Of a stretch of DNA of 64,000 bases, positions 22,186-31,331 are shown in pieces. The position numbers and the translations under genes were made by a program. The stretch comes from an uncultured Staphylococcaceae bacterium. GTDB lineage: Bacteria > Bacillota_I > Bacilli_A > ML615J-28 > CAG-313. How positions within the stretch are numbered: the stretch's first letter is position 1; every line of letters starts with the position of its first letter. Location of the stretch: contig CAYPEY010000001.1 of the NCBI GenBank assembly GCA_964409955.1, positions 738 through 64,737 of the forward strand. Direction: 5' to 3'. The notes beneath the pieces were generated by a model. The model did no database searches. It was given only the letters and a program-made list of their open reading frames with translations, and was not told the DNA's origin.

Positions 22186-22860
22186 ATGTTAAACTTATTA
22201 TCGTTTCTATTATTACCATTAATAGGAACTATCAACTCACAAAACTTTCCTGATGTCTTAAGTCCTGAAGATGAGAAGTATTATTTAGATTTGTGGAAAA
22301 ACAAAGATTTTGATGCTAGAAACAAACTAATAGAACATAATTTAAGACTAGTTGCCCATATTGTTAAAAAGTTTGAAACAACTAATATTGAAAAAGATGA
22401 CCTTATTTCAATCGGAACATTCGGCCTAATTAAAGCCATTGATACTTTTAATTTCGATGCCAAAAACAAACTTGCTACCTATGCATCTCGTTGCATTGAA
22501 AACGAAATATTAATGCATATTAGAAGCAACAAAAAAAGAAAAGATACTACTTCTTTATACATGAGTATCGGAGAAGATAAAGAAGGAAACGAAATTCACT
22601 TATGCGACATTATCGAAGACCCAAGCCCTCTCATTAGCGAACAATTAATTCAAGAAGAAAGATACAAAAAAATTCACGAAGCATTAGATACTCTTGATGA
22701 AAGAGAATATGAAATTATTTGTAGACGTTTTGGTCTTGACAACCATCAAGTCGAAACCCAAAGAGAGATTGCCAAAAACATGAATATCAGTAGAAGTTAT
22801 GTATCTAGAATTGAAAAAAGAGTACTTACTAAACTTTATCTGTTATTAAAAGATGATTAA
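22186..22860 (+). CDS. sigK: Sporulation sigma factor, SigK-like, with an N-terminal pro-sequence
   Basis: LIEHNLRLVAHIVKKF, ATYASRCIENEILMHIR and GEDKEGNEI match SigK more closely than SigE. A hydrophobic leader precedes ...NFPDVLSPEDE. The gene is uninterrupted. Confidence 0.85.
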   Translation: MLNLLSFLLLPLIGTINSQNFPDVLSPEDEKYYLDLWKNKDFDARNKLIEHNLRLVAHIVKKFETTNIEKDDLISIGTFGLIKAIDTFNFDAKNKLATYASRCIENEILMHIRSNKKRKDTTSLYMSIGEDKEGNEIHLCDIIEDPSPLISEQLIQEERYKKIHEALDTLDEREYEIICRRFGLDNHQVETQREIAKNMNISRSYVSRIEKRVLTKLYLLLKDD

Positions 22861-22926
22861 TTAAATTGCTTTTTTTAATTTTTTCTTATATAATAATCGT
22901 AAGATTATTATCACGAGGTAATTATT

Positions 22927-23631
22927 ATGGATGCTTTTATACGTTCAAAACCTTTATTAGGTGTTAATTTCATTGAACAATTAAAAAATAAAAAAATAGC
23001 CGTCTTCGGCCTTGGTGGTGTTGGCAGTTTCGTATGCGAAACTCTTGCAAGAAGCGGAATAGGCAACTTCATACTCGTTGATAACGATACAATTAATGAA
23101 ACAAATTTAAATCGTCAACTTTATGCGTTAACATCCACTATCGGATGCCTTAAAGTAGATGTTGCTGAAGAAAGAATTAAAGATATTAATCCTAGCGTTA
23201 ATATTGAAAAATATCCTCTTTTTGTTTTAAATGATACAATCGATAAAATTGACTTATCTAATGTCGATTATGTAGTTGATGCCATTGATACTGTTACAGC
23301 AAAACTTCTTCTTATTGAAAAAGCAAAAGAATTAAACATTCCCATAATTTCTTCAATGGGAACCGGAAACAAACTTAACCCAAGTGATTTTGTAATTACT
23401 GATATTTCTAAAACAAGTGTTTGCCCACTCGCAAAAGTTATGCGATACGAGTTAAGAAAAAGAAATATCAAGGGAGTTAAAGTACTATATTCTAAAGAGG
23501 AGCCAATTAAAGCATCAGTTGATGAAGAAAATTTAAGAACTCCATGTTCTGTAAGTTTTGTTCCTAGTGTTGCGGGGATAATGATAGCAAGAGAAATAAT
23601 TTTAGATTTAAAAAAAGTATATCAAGAGTAG
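22927..23631 (+). CDS. tcdA: tRNA threonylcarbamoyladenosine dehydratase (ThiF/E1-like)
   Basis: GLGGVGS Rossmann motif, D.D....N.NRQ motif, and a size of about 234 aa. Confidence 0.85.
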   Translation: MDAFIRSKPLLGVNFIEQLKNKKIAVFGLGGVGSFVCETLARSGIGNFILVDNDTINETNLNRQLYALTSTIGCLKVDVAEERIKDINPSVNIEKYPLFVLNDTIDKIDLSNVDYVVDAIDTVTAKLLLIEKAKELNIPIISSMGTGNKLNPSDFVITDISKTSVCPLAKVMRYELRKRNIKGVKVLYSKEEPIKASVDEENLRTPCSVSFVPSVAGIMIAREIILDLKKVYQE

Positions 23632-23654
23632 AACCTTGATATACTTTTTATTTT

Positions 23655-24344
23655 TTATAAATTACTTATTACTTTTTCAAGTACAATATCTGCAACTTTA
23701 TTTGATGCTTCTTTTGAGAACTTCGCATAATCAAATGGAGTAGTTGAACCAATAATATCAGAAATTGCTCTAATTATTAAGAAGGCAACATTGTTCTTAG
23801 CGCATACTTGAGAAATAGCACCAGATTCCATATCAAATGCCAAAACATCATATTCAGAGAATTTTTCTTGAACTAATTTTTCTTGTTTTGCGTAATCTAC
23901 AACAAATTGGTCACCAGTAAGAATTGTTCCAACAAAAACATTAGGAATATTATATGCAAGTTTTACTTCAGGTGTAAAATACACAGGGCATCCTTCAAGT
24001 TGTCCAAAAGGATAACTTCCAGCAGCAGGTGCGGTCATATCAACATCTGAATATAATACTTTATTAGCAACAACAATATCAAGTGGTAATAATTTCTTTT
24101 CAAAACCTCCAGCAATCCCTGTATTGATTATTAATTCAGGATTAAAGTGTTCAATCATTAATATTGTAGTTATCCCAGCATTAACTTTTCCAATTCCAGC
24201 TGTCGTAAAAACTATTTCATATTCTTTATAGTTTCCAAGATAAAAATTTATATTGCAAATATTTAATTTTTTAGTTATCGAAATTCGATTTTTTAATTGT
24301 TGGATTTCACAATCCATTGCAACTATTATACCAATTTTTTTCAT
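23655..24344 (-). CDS. mtnN: 5'-methylthioadenosine/S-adenosylhomocysteine nucleosidase
   Basis: MKKIGIIVAMD.E, GIGKVNA, and the C-terminal FDMESGAI...IRAISD. Confidence 0.92.
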   Translation of the reverse strand: MKKIGIIVAMDCEIQQLKNRISITKKLNICNINFYLGNYKEYEIVFTTAGIGKVNAGITTILMIEHFNPELIINTGIAGGFEKKLLPLDIVVANKVLYSDVDMTAPAAGSYPFGQLEGCPVYFTPEVKLAYNIPNVFVGTILTGDQFVVDYAKQEKLVQEKFSEYDVLAFDMESGAISQVCAKNNVAFLIIRAISDIIGSTTPFDYAKFSKEASNKVADIVLEKVISNL

Positions 24345-24346
24345 AA

Positions 24347-24853
24347 CTATTTTTTCTTAGTTTTTTTAGTTTCTTTTTCTACTACGCCATCTTGAATATC
24401 GATGATTTTAACTTCAAATTTTTCACCATCTTCAGTATTAACTAAAACTACATCACCAACTTTAGCGTTAATAATAACTTTACCAAGTGGAGATTCATCT
24501 GAAATTTTTTGTTCAAGAGGATTTGCTTGAATAGTACCAACTAGTAAATAAGTTTCTTCTTCAGCTCCTTCTTCATCTAAGAATTTAACTGTTACTCTTT
24601 TACCTAAGTTAGATTCTTCATCACTTGTAATTAATTGGTAATTATTTAAAATATTTTCAACTTCTTTAAGTTGAGCTGCGATTAAAGCTTGTTCATTTCT
24701 TGCTGCATCATAATCAGCATTTTCAGATAAGTCACCTTGTGCTCTTGCTTCTTGAATAGCAACTATATTTGCTTTCTCTGCTGTTTTTAACTCCTCATAT
24801 CTTTTTAATTGTTCTTCTAAACCTTCTTTTGTTAAAAGAATTTTTTGTGCCAT
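24347..24853 (-). CDS. greA: Transcription elongation factor GreA
   Basis: GDLSENADYDAA motif. A Lys-rich C-terminal extension is present. Confidence 0.93.
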   Translation of the reverse strand: MAQKILLTKEGLEEQLKRYEELKTAEKANIVAIQEARAQGDLSENADYDAARNEQALIAAQLKEVENILNNYQLITSDEESNLGKRVTVKFLDEEGAEEETYLLVGTIQANPLEQKISDESPLGKVIINAKVGDVVLVNTEDGEKFEVKIIDIQDGVVEKETKKTKKK

Positions 24854-24920
24854 AATGGAACCACCTTTCTAATTAATCAATGTATTATACCACTTTTTTT
24901 ATTTTTTGGCAAGAATTTAA

Positions 24921-26126
24921 TTACTTAACTTTTCTCATCATATCATGTGGCGATACTTTAAAATCTAACTTTATATATAATTTTTGTAATGGATGTCTTG
25001 CAACACTAATTTGTTCATTAGTTTCTGCATCCACAATTGATGAAATTTTTGTTTGAACATTATTAAGATTTGGTCCAAAAAATTCAACCAAATCACCTAC
25101 TTCAAAATAATTTCTTTGTTCTATTAAAGCTGTTTGTGTCGCTTCATTATAATCAAGAACATATCCGATATATTCTTTTGTTGGATGTTCACATCTTGTA
25201 TCATATAATTGTTCATTAATTGTAGTTTCGCCTTTTAAAAAACCAGTTGAAGTAAGTCGATTTTCTGCTTTATTAATTTCATCAATATAGTAATTAATTC
25301 TTTCTTTTGAAAGCATCTTCTTTTCTAAGTATTCATCAATTAACATACGATAGCATTTTACAACTGTTGCAAGATAATAAGTAGATTTCATTCTTCCTTC
25401 AATTTTAAGTGATGCTACTCCTAAATCTATTAACATAGGAATTTGTTCTACTGCCATTAAATCTTTTGAGCCCATATTAAAGAATTTATTTCTTGGACCA
25501 ATTTTTCTTTTTCCTTGATACAGATAATAATTCCAACGACAAGAATGTGCACATCCACCACGATTAGCATCACGTCTTGTTAAATGATTACTTAACACAC
25601 AACGTCCTGAATAACTCGAACACATTCCACCGTGAATAAATACTTCAAGTTCTAGATCAGTTTTATTTGCAATATCTTCAATTTGTAAAAGTCCAACTTC
25701 ACGAGCTAATACTACTCGTGTTGCATTAAAATTTTTATAAAAGTTAATAGTTCTACTATTCGTAATTGATTTTTGTGTAGATACATGAACTTCTACATTT
25801 TTCGCAACAACGCCTGCACGCTTCATTATTGAAATACTTGAAGTTATGATCGCATCTACTTTGGCATTATCTAAAGCCGCTAAATATTCATCAAGTCCTG
25901 TTAAATCTTCATCATGAGGAAGAATATTCATCGTTAAATAAACTTTTTTATTAAGGTTATGCGCAAACTCACATAACTCTTCAATATCTGAAACATTAAA
26001 ATTTGAGGCTCTTGCGCGAAGGCTAAATGATTTACCACCAACATATACTGCATCAGCACCATATAATAATGCTATTTTTGCTTTTTCTAAATTTCCAGCA
26101 GGGGCTAACAATTCTACTTTTTTCAT
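24921..26126 (-). CDS. Peptidase U32-family protein (YrrO/TrhP-type)
   Basis: MKKVELLAPAGN..., ADAVY.GG and the Cys-rich centre are typical of U32. The cluster matches Bacillus yrrM-yrrN-yrrO. Confidence 0.88.
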   Translation of the reverse strand: MKKVELLAPAGNLEKAKIALLYGADAVYVGGKSFSLRARASNFNVSDIEELCEFAHNLNKKVYLTMNILPHDEDLTGLDEYLAALDNAKVDAIITSSISIMKRAGVVAKNVEVHVSTQKSITNSRTINFYKNFNATRVVLAREVGLLQIEDIANKTDLELEVFIHGGMCSSYSGRCVLSNHLTRRDANRGGCAHSCRWNYYLYQGKRKIGPRNKFFNMGSKDLMAVEQIPMLIDLGVASLKIEGRMKSTYYLATVVKCYRMLIDEYLEKKMLSKERINYYIDEINKAENRLTSTGFLKGETTINEQLYDTRCEHPTKEYIGYVLDYNEATQTALIEQRNYFEVGDLVEFFGPNLNNVQTKISSIVDAETNEQISVARHPLQKLYIKLDFKVSPHDMMRKVK

Positions 26127-26977
26127 TAGTTAACCTCCTTTTTTAATAATACTGATTTATTTTCCATAATACCTTTAGATAAATCAATTGGAAGAGATTT
26201 TAATAATTCTAAATCGTTATTTAAATATGCTTCTACTACCACATCATAATCTGATTCTTTTAAGTCACTACTTTCAATTATTATAGTTTCTACTTTATCA
26301 ATATTATTTAGTTCGTTAAATAAATAATAATAACCTTTTTCATAGATATAAGTAGCGTTTTCATCTTCATAGATATGATATAGTTCACTTCTTAATTCTT
26401 CTTGTAAATAATAATTCTTTAAATTAGCTTTATATGAAACATCACGATAATTAAAATAATTTGTTATAAGTTTTCTTTTTGAATAAAATATGACAGATTT
26501 GCCAAAACCGTGTATCATAACCGGTTTAGTAATTTTACTTAATAATTCATCTATTTCTTCTTTAGATATTTGATTAGAAACTACAACACTTTTATTAAAA
26601 GAGTTATATTCTTCAACATCTAAATAATTTGTTAAATAGGTAAAAGCATCATAAACTAACTTATTTTCATATCCTAGTGATTTTACAATATCGTATACCG
26701 CAAGATCACTATAAAAAATGTTTGATACTTTTTCTAAGTTTATAGATTTTAAAGTGTTTTCTAATGCAATTAATTCGTATTCATGGAATAATCTTTTAAC
26801 ATTAATTGAAACATTTTTACTAGTTTTATTTAATATATTATTAATTGCGTCTACTGTTAAATTATAGGTAATACCAAAACTTAAATCTTGAATATTTAAA
26901 ACTATATCGGTAATTCTTTGATCTTTTAAAAATTTTTCTATTTGTTTTTTTGATACCGGTTCAAATAAGTATTTCAT
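26126..26977 (-). CDS. Divergent U32-like partner protein (YrrN-type)
   Basis: Called on position and size relative to the yrrM-yrrN-yrrO arrangement. The sequence itself is weakly diagnostic. Confidence 0.6.
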   Translation of the reverse strand: MKYLFEPVSKKQIEKFLKDQRITDIVLNIQDLSFGITYNLTVDAINNILNKTSKNVSINVKRLFHEYELIALENTLKSINLEKVSNIFYSDLAVYDIVKSLGYENKLVYDAFTYLTNYLDVEEYNSFNKSVVVSNQISKEEIDELLSKITKPVMIHGFGKSVIFYSKRKLITNYFNYRDVSYKANLKNYYLQEELRSELYHIYEDENATYIYEKGYYYLFNELNNIDKVETIIIESSDLKESDYDVVVEAYLNNDLELLKSLPIDLSKGIMENKSVLLKKEVN

Positions 26978-27603
26978 TATTTTTTCCTCATTGTCACCGC
27001 AAGTCCATCTCCTAGATCTAAATATGTTGTAACAAAGTCATCAAGTGTTGATAAATAATGATTATAGTTATCTATCTTCTTTGCCATATTACGAACATTT
27101 TTACTTAACCCCTCAAGAGACTCAACACATCCATGGAATAAAATATTATCTGTAACAATTATTCCATCTTCTTTAAGTAGTGGACTATAACGATCAAAGA
27201 ATTTTTGATATTGAGCTTTTGCGGCATCAATAAAAATTAAATCATAAGATGTTCTAAGTTCTTTAATATCAATTGTTAAAGCATCATCAAAATGAACTGT
27301 TATTTGATCTTTTGCATTTAGTTTTTCAATGTTACTAATTGCAATTTTATACATTTCTTCATTTCTTTCAATTGTATCTATTTTGATGTCTTTATCTAAA
27401 CTTGCCATTTGTAAACTAGAATAACCAATTGCTGTACCTATTTCTAAAACACTTTTTACATTCTTTAATTTAATAATTAATTGTAATACTTTTAAAGAAT
27501 CATAAGTGATAATTGGAACACCATTGTTTTTTCCATATTCTTCAATTTTTAATAATTCTTCTGATTCATTTAACTTATTTAGTTTTTCAAGATATTCATT
27601 CAT
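26977..27603 (-). CDS. trmR: Class I SAM-dependent O-methyltransferase (YrrM/TrmR-type)
   Basis: LEIGTAIGYS SAM-binding motif, DAAK, a size of about 208 aa, and synteny with the U32 pair. Confidence 0.8.
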   Translation of the reverse strand: MNEYLEKLNKLNESEELLKIEEYGKNNGVPIITYDSLKVLQLIIKLKNVKSVLEIGTAIGYSSLQMASLDKDIKIDTIERNEEMYKIAISNIEKLNAKDQITVHFDDALTIDIKELRTSYDLIFIDAAKAQYQKFFDRYSPLLKEDGIIVTDNILFHGCVESLEGLSKNVRNMAKKIDNYNHYLSTLDDFVTTYLDLGDGLAVTMRKK

Positions 27604-27667
27604 AAGGTTACCTCATTAATAATATATCTATTATACAATAAAGTTGATTTTTTTAAAAGTAAATTGT

Positions 27668-28909
27668 TTACTTACTTAAGAATTCTTTCTTTATTGATTT
27701 TAGCGATTTCAACAATAAGTTACAAGCTTCCTTGTATTTACTACATTTTAAACTTATACTACATAGTTCAACTATCACAAACTGATATAAATATTCATCA
27801 AAGGAATATTTTAATAAAGCAAAGACATAAAGTTTTAAAAAATTATGGAGTCTTGAAAGAGGAATGTTGTTCTTTTTGTAATCTAAATATTTCAATAAAT
27901 TCTTATTAATTTCATCATACTTACTAAAGCCATAACTATTAACTTTTTCAATTGTTTGCGCATTTTCATTATTACTTGTTTTTATTAACCCCATTATCAA
28001 AACTTGCATTATTCTTGATGATTCTGGTCCTTTTGTTAAGTTTTTTAACAATTCATTGTAGTTTTCATCTAGAAGGTAAATCAAACCTAAGTGATAATAG
28101 TAGTTTTCAACCACCTCATCGTTATTTTCACCATATTTTTTAAGAATATATTCAATATCACTTAACGATTTATCAATATCAAATTTACTATCTAACACTG
28201 CCATTTTAAATTCATGCTTATACATAATTTTATTAAAATATTGCATTGGCGCGTTTTTCTCAAAAAGCATTTTTTCTTCTACATATTTAGTGTTATACCC
28301 TACTTTAAACCAAATCGATAATTTTAGTTCTTTAATGGCCCAGTAGATAATGTCATGTTCCATAACATCTAAGTTAACCATCTTAATTTGTTTATGAGCT
28401 TGATTTATTTGGTTAGTATTAAAATAATACAATGAAATTACATAAATATAAAAATTCAATTGTTCTTCTGTTAAAATATTTATCATTAACTCTAACTCTT
28501 GAATCAAATTAAAGGCATCACCATAATTCTTTTTAATTACACTATCAAATAAATAAATTAATCTTCTTTCTACTTCTAGATAAATATTTAAAGAGATTAA
28601 TTCAATAGTCTTATTATAAAAATCAGTATATTCACCAAGAAAATACTTTTCTAATAGTTCTACAAAGACCTTTTGATTGCGATTTTCTAGTAGTTCATCA
28701 TATCTAATATCTAGTCTTTCAAATAGCATACTCAAATAAGGTTCTTGCAATCTTACTTGGTTATTTTCTATTCTACTCAAATAACTAACACTACAAATTC
28801 CTACACATACTTCTTCTAAATTTTTACCTTGTTCAATTCTTTTTGCTTTTAGCATTTCTACTAGATGTTTTTGTTTTAAAACATCATCAAAACTTTTTTT
28901 TCTTTTCAT
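27668..28909 (-). CDS. XRE-family HTH regulator with a long helical-repeat (TPR-like) domain, RNPP-like architecture
   Basis: The N-terminal segment GKNLEEVCVGICSVSYLSRIENNQ is a Cro/C1-type HTH. About 340 aa of helical repeats follow. Start taken at MKRKKSFDD (ATG 28909), preceded by a G-rich SD. Confidence 0.75.
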   Translation of the reverse strand: MKRKKSFDDVLKQKHLVEMLKAKRIEQGKNLEEVCVGICSVSYLSRIENNQVRLQEPYLSMLFERLDIRYDELLENRNQKVFVELLEKYFLGEYTDFYNKTIELISLNIYLEVERRLIYLFDSVIKKNYGDAFNLIQELELMINILTEEQLNFYIYVISLYYFNTNQINQAHKQIKMVNLDVMEHDIIYWAIKELKLSIWFKVGYNTKYVEEKMLFEKNAPMQYFNKIMYKHEFKMAVLDSKFDIDKSLSDIEYILKKYGENNDEVVENYYYHLGLIYLLDENYNELLKNLTKGPESSRIMQVLIMGLIKTSNNENAQTIEKVNSYGFSKYDEINKNLLKYLDYKKNNIPLSRLHNFLKLYVFALLKYSFDEYLYQFVIVELCSISLKCSKYKEACNLLLKSLKSIKKEFLSK

Positions 28910-29114
28910 GCGTCCCCCCCCTATTTTGATTTTACCGCATTCCATAAAATCAATTATACTTTATCAAATTATCTTTTTTTTGTAAAACATAATAATATCA
29001 CTTTTTTATTTTTTATTTTTCATTCGACAAAACTCGATATTTTTTGATAAATTATTTGAAATATTTTTACAAACATCGAGCATTTTTTTCAAAAATGTCG
29101 TTTTTTAAAAGAAA

Positions 29115-29140
29115 ATGTAGTAATTAATCAATTACTACAT
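29115..29140 (-). terminator. Hairpin terminator after the DUF45 gene
   Basis: atgtagtaatt-aatca-aattactacat. Confidence 0.65.
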
Positions 29141-29836
29141 TTAGATTCTGTTCGTATATGTTTTCAATTCTTTACTTAACTGTCTTTCATCAGGTACAAA
29201 TCTTTGTAAAGTTAAATGAAATATTTTAGAATGATCTTTTACAAGAAAATGAACTAGTTCGTGATATACTACATATTCTATTAAATTAAAAGGTACTTGT
29301 GTTAACGCTAAGTTTAACATTATCTTATTTTGATTAATATAACAACAACCCCATTTAGTCTTAGAAGTTTTGATAGTCAATTCTGGATATTTTTTTAAGT
29401 AATCTTGCATATTAGAAAAACATTTATACAATATTTCTTTAAAAACTAATTCTGCAGTATTCTTACGCCATTCTAAGAAAATTTCTCTTATCTTATTTTG
29501 ATTTGGAGTTGATATCATTACGATATTTCCAACTTTATCAACTCTTGTTGTTTTTGAATAGTTTATTTTTAATGTACATTTTTCCCCATATATAAAATGT
29601 ACACTGTCTTGAACATATGATACTTGTTTCAAAAGAATCTCAGCCCTTTTTTCTTCTATCCAACTTATGTGTTTTTCAACAAATGTAATTAAACTTGATT
29701 CTTTAGTTAAATAAGGAAAGACAATTTTTACATTACCTAAATCATTAATTTTTAACCGAAAATTTTTATTATTATTTCTTATTATCTCATAAGGAATATT
29801 TTTATCATCTAATGCTTTGATTTTTAATGGTTTCAT
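29141..29836 (-). CDS. YgjP/DUF45-type (M48-like) metal-dependent hydrolase
   Basis: HELVHFLVKDHS is an HExxH motif near the C-terminus. Size is about 230 aa. Confidence 0.8.
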   Translation of the reverse strand: MKPLKIKALDDKNIPYEIIRNNNKNFRLKINDLGNVKIVFPYLTKESSLITFVEKHISWIEEKRAEILLKQVSYVQDSVHFIYGEKCTLKINYSKTTRVDKVGNIVMISTPNQNKIREIFLEWRKNTAELVFKEILYKCFSNMQDYLKKYPELTIKTSKTKWGCCYINQNKIMLNLALTQVPFNLIEYVVYHELVHFLVKDHSKIFHLTLQRFVPDERQLSKELKTYTNRI

Positions 29837-29838
29837 AT

Positions 29839-30372
29839 TTATTTAATAAATGGCTTATAAAATTTATAAACCATTAAAGCTCCATCATAAACGTTAGTAT
29901 TAGAATTATCAAGAATGTAATCAGCAAGTTGTTCTACTTCTTCATTAAAAACTAAATCATCATTTACAAGACGTTTGTTAATACTTTCAATATCATCAAG
30001 TCTATTCATCATTCTAATTCTCCTAATTGGTTTAGAACATCTAATATAAACTATCTTTATTAACTCTCTTGCATGTTCAATATAGGCTTTTAATCCTTCT
30101 TTTTCAAGAATAACCACTTTATCAGATGTTATATCATTTTTTGCGGTACCATAATAATTTTGATTATATTCAACATACTCCAAAAAGAAGCCATTCTTGA
30201 TCTTTTCTTCAAATTCACTTTTAGAAATAAAATGATAATCTTTACCATCTACTTCGTTCACTCGCATAGGACGAGTTGTGTATGTAACCATCTTATTTAA
30301 ACCATAATTTTCTATTAACTTGTTAACAATTTGAGTTTTACCTGATGCGCTAGGGCCAATAACAATTAACAT
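29839..30372 (-). CDS. gmk: Guanylate kinase-like protein (short)
   Basis: GPSASGKT P-loop, TTRPMR..E.DG.DYHF and YYGT motifs. Confidence 0.8.
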   Translation of the reverse strand: MLIVIGPSASGKTQIVNKLIENYGLNKMVTYTTRPMRVNEVDGKDYHFISKSEFEEKIKNGFFLEYVEYNQNYYGTAKNDITSDKVVILEKEGLKAYIEHARELIKIVYIRCSKPIRRIRMMNRLDDIESINKRLVNDDLVFNEEVEQLADYILDNSNTNVYDGALMVYKFYKPFIK

Positions 30373-30385
30373 TTTACTTCTTCCT

Positions 30386-31240
30386 TTACTTAATTATATT
30401 TTTTAGATAGTCATAAATACTATCATCATTAAATACTTTCTTTATATTATTACTTACATTATTTAACAATTCATTAATTTTATCTTTCGCTTTATCAATT
30501 CCATAAATTTTATGATAAGTATTTTTATAAACATCTTGTGATGCATCTTTTCCAATAACATCAAGTGTTGATAATTCATCATTTAAATCATCTTTTATTT
30601 GGAAAGCAAGACCAAAATCATATCCTATTTGTTCAAGAATATCGATGCTAAAATCATCAAGTGATGCAATAATTCCTATACTCATAAAAGCTATTTCAAA
30701 TAGGGCACATGTTTTATGCTTAATAACTTCTTCAACCTCGCTCCATTTATCAAATGGCTTTGCTTCATTAATGATATCTAGTGATTGGCCGTAACAAACT
30801 CCGTTAGTTCCTGCTTTTTTAGAAAATAGTTCAATAAGTTTTAACTTTTGTTCACTTGATAAATTAGCATTAGCAAGAATTCTAAAGCTTTCTGTTAAAA
30901 GGGCATCACCTGAAAGTAATGCTTGTCCATGCCCATATATTAAATGATTAGCTAACTTTCCTCTTCTATATTTAGCATTATCCATTTCTGGCAAATCATC
31001 ATGTATTAAACTATATGATTGAATCATCTCAAGTGCTGTTGCAACATCAAGTCCTAGGCTATATTCAAAATTAAGATTATCTAATCCTAATAAGATAATT
31101 ACAGATCTTGCAAGTTTTCCAGAATTAAGCAGTGTATAATTCATACTATCTCTTAAAATTCCACTATGATTCCATATCATACTGTTTTCATTTAATTTTT
31201 GTAATATTAAGTTTTTATAATTTTCAATGCGTTCATTCAT
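30386..31240 (-). CDS. Polyprenyl diphosphate synthase (farnesyl/geranylgeranyl type)
   Basis: First DDxxD region HDDLPEMDNAKYRRG and second motif KDDLND. Confidence 0.85.
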   Translation of the reverse strand: MNERIENYKNLILQKLNENSMIWNHSGILRDSMNYTLLNSGKLARSVIILLGLDNLNFEYSLGLDVATALEMIQSYSLIHDDLPEMDNAKYRRGKLANHLIYGHGQALLSGDALLTESFRILANANLSSEQKLKLIELFSKKAGTNGVCYGQSLDIINEAKPFDKWSEVEEVIKHKTCALFEIAFMSIGIIASLDDFSIDILEQIGYDFGLAFQIKDDLNDELSTLDVIGKDASQDVYKNTYHKIYGIDKAKDKINELLNNVSNNIKKVFNDDSIYDYLKNIIK

Positions 31241-31331
31241 ATAAAAAACCTCTTAACTATTATACCAAGTTTTTCCTTTTATTTCAAGATAAAAACAAAA
31301 TAAGGTTGATTTTAAAATCAACCTTTTTTTG

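Noticed and set aside
22186-22860. Checked whether sigK is interrupted by a skin-like element, as in some spore formers.
   Set aside because: The ORF is continuous, from the pro-sequence through region 4 (ISRSYVSRIEKR).
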